From Candidatus Hadarchaeota archaeon (GTDB lineage Archaea > Hadarchaeota > Hadarchaeia > Hadarchaeales > Hadarchaeaceae), in assembly GCA_964514965.1 (NCBI GenBank), contig CAZETV010000001.1:963063-995062 (forward strand): a DNA stretch of 32,000 nucleotides, written 5' to 3'. The translations under genes were made by a program, and so were the position numbers. Of this stretch, positions 14,825 through 22,234 are shown in pieces; the first letter of the stretch is position 1, and each line of letters opens with the position of its first letter. A model generated the notes under the pieces. It did no database searches. It had not been told where the DNA came from and worked only from the letters and a program-made list of their open reading frames with translations.

Positions 14825-15037
14825 TCATGGCAGGTACGCGCCACCCGCGAATTTGGTACCACATCGGCGGCACTGCCATATCCCCGAACTGAGCCGCCTC
14901 GTATTGAAAACTCCACAGTTAGGACACTTTCGCGCGCGCCTTTTTTCGAGTTCGATCTTAACTTTTCGCTTACGAACCTTTACACCGTACCTTGGACCTA
15001 ATCCACTGCTAGAAACTTTTTTCCTCCTCCGACCCAT
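14825..15037 (-). CDS. rpl37ae: Ribosomal protein eL43 (L37Ae)
   Basis: 70 aa. RYGVKVRKR..., CPNCG...x...WQCRRCGTKFAGGAY is the characteristic eL43 zinc ribbon. Confidence 0.85.
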   Translation of the reverse strand: MGRRRKKVSSSGLGPRYGVKVRKRKVKIELEKRRARKCPNCGVFNTRRLSSGIWQCRRCGTKFAGGAYLP

Positions 15038-15081
15038 AACGATTCTTCCAGCACCAATCCCACTAATTTACAACTTGCTTT

Positions 15082-15341
15082 TTACTCTACGACTTCCATC
15101 AATCCAACTTTCTCCATTTCTCCAACAATAAACTCGATTGCTCCCTTCACTGCACTTTCTTCTTGCTTTGTTTTTTGGCTAACCTCTTTTGCTAAATCTT
15201 CGGTTGTCACTTGTCCATCACACTTATCCCAAATCAAAATTGCAACCTTATCTGCCTTGAAAGATTGACCTTCATCGTTTACTAGTGAAAGCTCACCAGC
15301 TTTGTTTTTGCCAACTTGCCTTTTTTCTTAAATTTTTTCAT
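15082..15341 (-). pseudogene. PqqD-like small protein whose reading frame is offset by one nucleotide from its SD-ATG
   Basis: GGGGGTGGAAA-ATG at 15341 opens a frame that stops after 19 codons. The 81-codon open frame 15327..15082 has no start codon near its 5' end. It reads ...AGELSLVNDEGQSFKADKVAILIWDKCDGQVTTEDLAKEVSQKTKQEESAVKGAIEFIVGEMEKVGLMEVVE, which is PqqD-like (IWxxCDGxxTxxEia). One extra A in the A6 run at 15321-15326 would fuse the two frames. Confidence 0.45.
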
Positions 15342-15360
15342 TTTCCACCCCCTCATTTTT

Positions 15361-16995
15361 TTACATTACTCCAGCACCAGGTGCCATGGGCGCGCGAGGC
15401 GGCGTTCCCCCCGTGGCTTTCTTAGCTGAGATAACATCATCTATTCTAAGGACCATCTCAGCCACTTCAGCTGCTGACTTGATTACTTGCTCTTTAACCC
15501 TCAATGGCTCTATAACCCCAGCTTCTAGCATGTCCCTGAGCTCACCAGATGGGACATCCAATCCAATTTTCGCGCCATCTTTTTCGTGCCTTGCTCTGAG
15601 GGCGACAAGAATATCGATTTGATCGAGACCCGCTGTTTCAGCAAGTGTTTTCGGTATTATCTCCAATGCATCTGCGAACGTGTTTATTCCTAAAGCTTCT
15701 TTCCCGCCAACGCTGCTGGAATAGTTTCTGACTTCCTTCGCAACTTCTATTTCCGAACTCCCGCCGCCAGTGACCGCTTTTCCATCTTCAACAACCGCTG
15801 AAACTGCCGAAAGGGCATCATGCATCGCTCTTTCTGCTTCGTCTACTACGTGCTCGGTCCCGCCCCTCAAAATGATGCTAACAGCTTTTGGGTCCTCACA
15901 CCCTTCAACAAACAACATTTTTTCGTCTGCAATTTTTCGCTCTTCGACCAAACCGGCATTGCCCAGATCCTCCGCTGAAAGGTCCTCAACAGTTGTAACG
16001 ATCTTTGCTCCACTAGCCTTGGCCAGTTTTTCCATATCTGATTTTTTGACCCTCCGGGCGGCCAAAACACCGACTTTCGAGAGGTGATGCTGTACTAGGT
16101 CGTCTATACCCTTCTGACAAAATATGACATTTGCACCTGCTGCAACTATTTTATCAACCTTTTCGCGGAGCATTTTTTCTTCCTCATTGAGAAATGTCTT
16201 GAGCTGCGTTGGATCCGTTATCTGAATTTTTGCGTCGGTCTCCGTCTTCTTTGTTTCAAGCGCACACTCCAAGAGAGCAATTTTGACACCCTCGGCCCGC
16301 TTTGGCATTTCTGGGTAAACAATCTCTTTGTCGACGATCACGCCTTTCACGAACTCTGAATCTCCTAACCCCCCTCCTTCTTGTTTTTGAACCGTTATAT
16401 GATCAATATCGGCTGTTACCGTACCATTTGTCTTCTCTACGATGTGCTTGACCGCCTGTATGGCAAGTTCAGCCAACTTTTTTCTCCCATCTCCAGATAC
16501 CCTCCCCGCCATTGCGGTCAAGGCTACATCCTGCAAAGTCTTCTCGTCGTTAATTGCAACCTGAACCGAACTGTTTTTAAGAGCCTTTATCGCCTTTTCC
16601 GCTGCTAACCGATAGCCTGAGATAATTCTAGTGGCATGGATATTTTGGTCAAGCAATTCTTTGGCTTGTTTCATGAGTTCTCCAGCTATTACAACAGAAC
16701 TTGTTGTACCATCACCCACCTCGGTATCCACGGTCTTGGCAATTTCGACCATCATCTTTGCCGCTGGATGCTCAATCTCTACCTCACCCAGAATAGCCTC
16801 CCCATCATTCGTGATAGTCACGTCACCCATACTATCGACTAGCATTTTGTCAGTCCCCTTTGGACCGAGAGTTGATCTTACGGCTTCAGCAATCGCGCAA
16901 GCTGCCATGATGTTACCTTCTCGAGCATCTTTACCTCTAGTTCTTTGAACATCTTCCTTCATGACCGCAATAGGTATTCCTCTTGTTTGACCCAT
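15361..16995 (-). CDS. ths: Thermosome subunit (group II chaperonin)
   Basis: Track ORF 15361..17085, trimmed to the ATG at 16995 ([29 protein letters not shown]...). [39 protein letters not shown] and GGGSSEIE are canonical CCT/thermosome motifs. Confidence 0.92.
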   Translation of the reverse strand: MGQTRGIPIAVMKEDVQRTRGKDAREGNIMAACAIAEAVRSTLGPKGTDKMLVDSMGDVTITNDGEAILGEVEIEHPAAKMMVEIAKTVDTEVGDGTTSSVVIAGELMKQAKELLDQNIHATRIISGYRLAAEKAIKALKNSSVQVAINDEKTLQDVALTAMAGRVSGDGRKKLAELAIQAVKHIVEKTNGTVTADIDHITVQKQEGGGLGDSEFVKGVIVDKEIVYPEMPKRAEGVKIALLECALETKKTETDAKIQITDPTQLKTFLNEEEKMLREKVDKIVAAGANVIFCQKGIDDLVQHHLSKVGVLAARRVKKSDMEKLAKASGAKIVTTVEDLSAEDLGNAGLVEERKIADEKMLFVEGCEDPKAVSIILRGGTEHVVDEAERAMHDALSAVSAVVEDGKAVTGGGSSEIEVAKEVRNYSSSVGGKEALGINTFADALEIIPKTLAETAGLDQIDILVALRARHEKDGAKIGLDVPSGELRDMLEAGVIEPLRVKEQVIKSAAEVAEMVLRIDDVISAKKATGGTPPRAPMAPGAGVM

Positions 16996-17147
16996 CAAGG
17001 TTTCATTCTCCTGAGAATTTTTCCTTTCTTTTTTGAAGAAGTGAACGATGTTATTTAAAATTTTGTGAAAACATTTAAATAACATGACTTAAAATTGCGT
17101 TTCACCCTTTAGATTATAGTATAAATTTAAAAAAATAGAAATAATAA

Positions 17148-17351
17148 TCATCTTTTGATAGGCAAAGGGCCTCTCTTAGCCTTGCATTTTTCACAAACTA
17201 GAGAATAAGTTTTATTTGTAGGATTCTCTATCCGCACCATTGATCTTTTGCCGCATTTTGGAAAGATATCTTCGTTCTCTCCGCAAAATTGGCACGCTCC
17301 CTGATTATTAACGATACAGTTTTCAAATAAACCTTTTACGTGCTCGCGTTC
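17148..17351 (-). pseudogene. Cys-rich zinc-ribbon ORF lacking a start codon (5' end apparently replaced)
   Basis: 67 open codons: EREHVKGLFENCIVNNQGACQFCGENEDIFPKCGKRSMVRIENPTNKTYSLVCEKCKAKRGPLPIKR. TAG TAA lie immediately upstream, and there is no ATG/GTG/TTG before codon 38. The upstream boundary coincides with the start of the third DUF2283 copy. Confidence 0.3.
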
Positions 17352-17558
17352 TTACTAAAGGATATTGACATCGTCTGTGATAGAGATAACGATGCCCTTT
17401 ACATCAGTTTTGGGAAGGTCCAAGAGGCAGACGATTCCGAGCTGACCGATAACGATGTGGTGGTCAGGTACAGAAAAGGCAGGATAATCGGCGTCACGGT
17501 GCTCGAGTTCTCCAAACGGCCTCTTGCCAGGATATGGGAAGGGCCAATGAGGACTTAA
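17340..17558 (+). CDS. DUF2283-family protein, third copy (5' end not homologous to copy 2)
   Basis: 72 aa from a GTG. Region 17376..17518 differs from 10799..10941 at only 4 of 143 nt by my count. No toxin-like gene lies upstream. Confidence 0.55.
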   Translation: MLAFLLKDIDIVCDRDNDALYISFGKVQEADDSELTDNDVVVRYRKGRIIGVTVLEFSKRPLARIWEGPMRT

Positions 17559-18246
17559 TGGCCCGCTTGAGTTCACGACTTATTCCGGGCGTTTGGAGAT
17601 TCACGTGAAAAAGCAGTACTGTTTAGTTATTTTTTGGGTTGTTTTCCGAAATTTCGATTTTGCCAGTCTGATGGATTTAGAAGTTCCAAAGTTGAAATAA
17701 TAGATGATTTTAAAATAGCGATGAGGAAATTGGGAAAATAATTTCAGTATTCTTAATTATGTGACGAAGCTACGAAAGACATGGATGAAGAACTACAGTG
17801 TTTCTATTAGATCAGTACTCTAGAAATCTAATGTTAACGTGTCATTGATATTTCCGTTGCCACGTTTAACAGTAGATTTGATGCTTCCGCTTTCCTTTTG
17901 ATTTAGTCTAGGTACAAATTCACTGTGTTGAATTGACTAAATAGGATAAGGCTGAAATAAGTTATTAATGCCCCGAAATGTCAGAAAGGAGCTTTTAATG
18001 GGCTTTTTTAATGTGAATCAATCACAAGCAGAAAAAGCGATTTTTATTTTTGCAATCCAAAAAAGAGTAAAATAATCTTTTATACAAAAATCATGCAATA
18101 TAAAGATTGTTTTTTTTGGTTTTTGGCCAAATAAATTACCTAATCTTTAATCTAAATTACTAAATTCTAGCATAATTTAAATATTAAATCTGTATACTAA
18201 CCAAAAGGTTTATAAAGGCTAAAATTTCGTAAAATGTGGGGGTAAC

Positions 18247-18381
18247 GTGATACTACTCACAATAACAATCGGATTGGCAGTACTGTTTTCAATAGTTCTA
18301 CCGATTGTTTATATGTGGAAGTTTATTTCTGAAGTTAAGAAAGGGTACTATACAACAGAACGTCATGAAAGAGGGGAATAA
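18247..18381 (+). CDS. 44-aa single-TM micro-protein, putative small subunit of the downstream symporter
   Basis: Below the track cutoff. GTG at 18247 after GGGGGT. Translation: VILLTITIGLAVLFSIVLPIVYMWKFISEVKKGYYTTERHERGE. Its TAA overlaps the ATG at 18381 by 1 nt. Small TM partners are common upstream of SSS-family transporters. Confidence 0.4.
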   Translation: MILLTITIGLAVLFSIVLPIVYMWKFISEVKKGYYTTERHERGE

Positions 18382-19838
18382 TGGAAGAACTAATCTTTAT
18401 TGCTGTGAGTATTCTTTACATCATTGTAATGTTAGGTTTTACCGTCTGGATGCATAAGAGAAAGTTTGTAAGGAATTTAAACGATTTCTTGATTGCTGGA
18501 TGGGCAATTGGAGGATCATTAATCGGAATGAATATGCTAGCAGGTTGGACGAATGCTTTTACAATATTTGTTAACTCAGAATTATCAGCCGTTTTCACTT
18601 TTCCAAATTATATGATTTTACTTGTCGTTGGCATAATGGTGCCGATGTTGATGGGAATTTTTATAGCCAAACCATTAAAGAGAAAATTTGCTAAAGGGTA
18701 TGGGATAATTGATTTTCTAGACAAAAGATTTAATTCAGTGTCTCTCAGGTCTTGGGGTTACATTTGCTGTATAGTCCCCGCTTTCCTAATGATTTTCGCG
18801 AATCTTTTCATGTTAGGTGCTTATGGTACTGCTTTAACTGGGATACCTTTAGAGTACCTTGTGCTGATGTTTGCAATACTTGTCATAATTTATTGCACGA
18901 TAGGAGGGTGGTGGCATGTGCTTTTCACAGATTTCGTTCAATTCATGTTCACTTTCGTTGGTATCGCTATTTTCCTGATAGTTGTGTTATCACAGTTCGG
19001 TGGAATAGAAGGGATATATAACGGCATTATGCAAGTAAATCCTGGTTTCTTTGGTTTTGTGTCGTCTATTCCGTTCTGGAAACTTGTGGTTGTTCTTTTC
19101 CTCACTATACTAGCGGGTGTTTTCGCCGCTCAGTATATCTGGATGGGCTTCCAATCAGGAAAATCAGAAAAAGAAATGAACTTCGCATTTTCTTCATTCT
19201 TCTTCGGATATCTTCCTGTGGCAGCTTTGGGTTTCGTTTCAAGTTTAGTAGCAATATCGCAAAATATTGATGTGGTGGCTGCAACAGGTTACATTGGCGA
19301 TGCACCAATAGTAATTTTGCAATATCTTCCATTCTGGTTAACCGTATTAGTATGGTTGATCATTCTCCAGTTTGCTATTACTACACTTGACACCCAACTC
19401 GTTGCTTCTTCAAGTCTGACCGAGATAGGAGTCATCAGACCAATTGCCAAGCTTAGGGGAGTTAAGCTTTCTCCTGGAAGGGAAATGTCAATCTCAAGGA
19501 TAATCATTGTGGTGTTAGGTCTCCTTGCCACTTTCTTTGCGCTGAATAAAATAGGCTTCTTAGAATATTTGTTCATGTTAGGATTTTGGCAAGTTTCGAT
19601 TATGGGCATGAACGCGCTAGGTGCTTACTGGGACAAAGTTACAAAGTGGCCAGCTATCATAGGCACAACTGTAGGTACTTTGGTGGGCGCATATTACTTC
19701 TTCATTCTAAATGATGATTTTGTTGGCTTCACGTTGATGTTGATCATATCTCTCGTGCTCATGGTAATACTGTCATATGTACCGCCCTTTAACAAGAAGA
19801 AATTTGATTTCAAAACTATGCAAGAAGTAAAGAGATAA
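18381..19838 (+). CDS. Sodium:solute symporter (SSS) family transporter
   Basis: 485 aa, about 13 hydrophobic helices. LNDFLIAGWAIGGSLIGMNMLAGWTNAFT and GIIDFLDKRFN correspond to the conserved N-terminal SSS blocks (dyflagr..g....g.sl.at..sa.t; t..efl..Ry). Confidence 0.65.
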   Translation: MEELIFIAVSILYIIVMLGFTVWMHKRKFVRNLNDFLIAGWAIGGSLIGMNMLAGWTNAFTIFVNSELSAVFTFPNYMILLVVGIMVPMLMGIFIAKPLKRKFAKGYGIIDFLDKRFNSVSLRSWGYICCIVPAFLMIFANLFMLGAYGTALTGIPLEYLVLMFAILVIIYCTIGGWWHVLFTDFVQFMFTFVGIAIFLIVVLSQFGGIEGIYNGIMQVNPGFFGFVSSIPFWKLVVVLFLTILAGVFAAQYIWMGFQSGKSEKEMNFAFSSFFFGYLPVAALGFVSSLVAISQNIDVVAATGYIGDAPIVILQYLPFWLTVLVWLIILQFAITTLDTQLVASSSLTEIGVIRPIAKLRGVKLSPGREMSISRIIIVVLGLLATFFALNKIGFLEYLFMLGFWQVSIMGMNALGAYWDKVTKWPAIIGTTVGTLVGAYYFFILNDDFVGFTLMLIISLVLMVILSYVPPFNKKKFDFKTMQEVKR

Positions 19839-19934
19839 TCGGGCACATTCTAGCCTACCTTCCGGAAGCCTTAATCTAAAGGTTAGTGTTGTGGCAAGTG
19901 CGAGGAGTGGTAAATTTATTATTGGGGAAGGTAA

Positions 19935-20210
19935 ATGATTCAGGCCACGGTAACGCTTCTAAACAAGGCCGGACTGCACGCTAGACCGGCGGCTTTGTTT
20001 GTACAAACAGCCAGAAAGTTTAACGCACAGATTTTGGTTAAGAAGGATGAGAAAGAAGCTAACGCTAAAACCATTCTAGGAATTTTATCTCTGGGAGCTG
20101 AGAGTGGTAACGTAATCACAATTGAAGCAAATGGGGAAGATGCTGAGGAAGCTGTAAAAACTCTAGTCAACTTGGTTAATATGAAGTTAGGCGAGGATGA
20201 ATCTTCGTAA
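19935..20210 (+). CDS. ptsH: PTS phosphocarrier protein HPr
   Basis: 91 aa. VTLLNKAGLHARPAALFVQTARKF holds the active-site His15 context, and ANAKTILGILSLGA is the region around position 46 (Thr here). GGAAGGT precedes the ATG. Confidence 0.88.
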   Translation: MIQATVTLLNKAGLHARPAALFVQTARKFNAQILVKKDEKEANAKTILGILSLGAESGNVITIEANGEDAEEAVKTLVNLVNMKLGEDESS

Positions 20211-20218
20211 ATGCGTGA

Positions 20219-21526
20219 TTGCACATGTTGATAAGACCCCCCTTCCTGTTCGAGTTAATATACATCGCGATATTCGCTGCGTGGGCGTGCTTGATGTCCC
20301 ACCAAAAGATATTATGCTATAACGATGGCACCAGATCTCTATACCCCGAATTTTACGAGGGACGAATGACATACACTCAATTTGCAGGCGTATTGTTCAG
20401 CATGAATATTATTTGGTTTCTCTTCGGTCTGCCTTTCGCGATGATGGTAGGGATGGTAAATTTTATGACATTGTTCATGATGAGCGACGTAATCGGGGTT
20501 CGTGCCCCCAACAAACTTTCCGCCCTGGTATTGGGGGGCGCTTGGGGTGTACTTCTTGTTTTAATTTTTCGCGGGCTTCTGACATACTCTGGGCAACTGC
20601 CGTTTAATTTTTTAATTCCTCTAAGTCTTGGTTTCGAAAAAATTTTGACTTTCTTTTCAGTACTTCCAATGGTAGCGGCGGTTTATCTATGGCGCTGGAA
20701 AATTGGGGGGATAAGCGTAATATTGGGTCTGATCTGCCAGGTAATGTTGCGATGGACAAATACGACACTTAATCCCGATATCACCACTTTGTATGTTACA
20801 TTGATTTTTCTGTTTGCAGTGGCGATTTACAAAGACTTGACAAAAAGGAAAAATGGAGAAACAACTCCCCCGCTGCAAGACTCGATTCTTGTAAAACGTT
20901 ATGCTAGAATTAGGAAAAATTGGAAATATGCTGCTATATCGGGTGCATTATTGGGCGCCGCAGTTAATCTTCTCATAATTCACTGGTGGCCCGCAGCTCC
21001 CCTTCTTGTCGAGGGGGACCGTTTTTTGGCCGCCCTCATGATTCTACCGATATGGATATGCTGGTGGTCAGCGGGGATAAATACTGGATTGACAGCTGGC
21101 ATGATGTCCCATCAAGCCCTTGGATTCACGATGGTGGCGGCATTATTGTTGCCGAGTTGGTCAGAAAATTTATTGGCGCCATTCGTTAGTGCGATTATTG
21201 GGGTTGCGGAGTTTTCCTTATTCGCACTGTTTATACCTAAATTGGCTAGAGGATTAGAAAGATTCGCTACAGTGAAAGAGGTAACTCTTGCTATGCAAAC
21301 CGTCTTGGGAGGAGCGATGGAAGTGGGTCTGACTTTTTTGGGACTTTATACTGCGTTTATTATGGCGAACACATTTGGTTTGTTTATAGTTGTTGCAGGA
21401 TACTTGACTAATGAGATACTCGGGAGGCCGATAACAAGAATGGCTGTGGCGCCCATTTCTTGCATAGCTCTTGGGGTATTGCTCAACGTGATCGCTGTGG
21501 CCGGACTAACCCTACCGGTTATCTAA
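20219..21526 (+). CDS. Polytopic membrane protein, YhfT-like by size and context (putative permease)
   Basis: 435 aa from a TTG. Alternative starts are the ATG at 20225, or the ATG at 20366 preceded by GAGGGA. At least 10 hydrophobic helices. E. coli YhfT in the equivalent cluster is a membrane protein of about the same length. Homology is not verified here. Confidence 0.5.
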   Translation: MHMLIRPPFLFELIYIAIFAAWACLMSHQKILCYNDGTRSLYPEFYEGRMTYTQFAGVLFSMNIIWFLFGLPFAMMVGMVNFMTLFMMSDVIGVRAPNKLSALVLGGAWGVLLVLIFRGLLTYSGQLPFNFLIPLSLGFEKILTFFSVLPMVAAVYLWRWKIGGISVILGLICQVMLRWTNTTLNPDITTLYVTLIFLFAVAIYKDLTKRKNGETTPPLQDSILVKRYARIRKNWKYAAISGALLGAAVNLLIIHWWPAAPLLVEGDRFLAALMILPIWICWWSAGINTGLTAGMMSHQALGFTMVAALLLPSWSENLLAPFVSAIIGVAEFSLFALFIPKLARGLERFATVKEVTLAMQTVLGGAMEVGLTFLGLYTAFIMANTFGLFIVVAGYLTNEILGRPITRMAVAPISCIALGVLLNVIAVAGLTLPVI

Positions 21527-21791
21527 TTCTCGTTTCTAAAAACCCATTTAGATCAGGCAAGTAAATTTAAAGAATTTTCACGGAGAAAAATATCGCAGGT
21601 CTGTGGGTGCGGGGTTAAGGATTTATGTATAAAAAGTGATTTAACTAATCGAAGCAATAAAAATGGGGAAACTACGTGTTCCGCATAATCAGATATATAA
21701 AGGAATCAGAAATTTGTGAAAGAACAGTTGGCTCGGGTAAAGTTATCATAATGGAACATAGCGCTCAAGATTCGAGTCAACGAAAATCCTC

Positions 21792-22229
21792 ATGGTGAAT
21801 TCATTGTGTGAAGAAAAGGGCGATATTCCAAACAATATAAAAACTGAGGAGTTTACTTTAGAAAATCGATTGGAGCTATTGAGAAAGAGCGGTCAAATTA
21901 GTGAACAAGTGCTTGCAGAAACGAAGGAAGTTAAGCAGATTATTGAAGATAAATACAAAATTAAACTCACAGAGAAGAGAAGGCGAGACAGAATGTTTGT
22001 AACTCATGTGGCATTGGCATTGCAGAGGTTAATCAAGGGTAATGAAATTGAAAAAATTTCTCCGGATATTATCGCTGAAGTTAAAGGATACCCGGAAGAG
22101 TTTGGATTTGCCAAGGAAATTGCGGATAAGATTGAAAGGAAGTTGAACGTGAAAGTTCCTGAGAGCGAGTTAGCTTTTGTCGCGGCTTATTTGTGTATAT
22201 TTCATGGAAAGATTGAACAATTTAAGTAA
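21792..22229 (+). CDS. Stand-alone PRD (PTS regulation domain) protein, YhfY-like
   Basis: 145 aa. MFVTHVALALQRLIKGNEI (His72) and LAFVAAYLCIFHGK (His138) look like the two conserved His-bearing helices of a PRD module. There is no RNA-binding or HTH domain. The start is uncertain. Confidence 0.55.
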   Translation: MVNSLCEEKGDIPNNIKTEEFTLENRLELLRKSGQISEQVLAETKEVKQIIEDKYKIKLTEKRRRDRMFVTHVALALQRLIKGNEIEKISPDIIAEVKGYPEEFGFAKEIADKIERKLNVKVPESELAFVAAYLCIFHGKIEQFK

Positions 22230-22234
22230 CTGAT

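Noticed and set aside
14419-15131. Plus-strand ORFs 14419-14763, 14624-15001 and 14853-15131
   Set aside because: All lie antisense to the eL43 / DUF1922-like / micro-ORF operon. They are proline/serine/leucine-rich with no recognisable domain, so they are shadow ORFs.
15386-16948. Several 68-105-aa plus-strand ORFs inside the thermosome gene, and similar antisense ORFs inside GH65, ptsI, ppdK, DUF438 and the saccharopine-dehydrogenase-like gene
   Set aside because: They sit opposite genes with very strong motif support, have biased Ser/Ala/Thr/Leu composition typical of antisense frames, and lack ribosome-binding sites.
15361-17085. Long N-terminal extensions offered by the ORF track (thermosome to 17085, ATP-cone gene to 1727, dehydrogenase to 10539, toxin-like gene from 7195, Abi_C-like gene to 6169)
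   Set aside because: In each case an internal start gives the canonical family N-terminus, a ribosome-binding site, or removes an overlap, and the extension is low-complexity. Coordinates were trimmed accordingly, but the starts remain unverified.
17580-18246. Possible CRISPR array or leader in the long AT-rich non-coding stretch
   Set aside because: I found no regularly spaced direct repeats of 24-40 bp, only low-complexity A/T runs. No cas genes are in the window.
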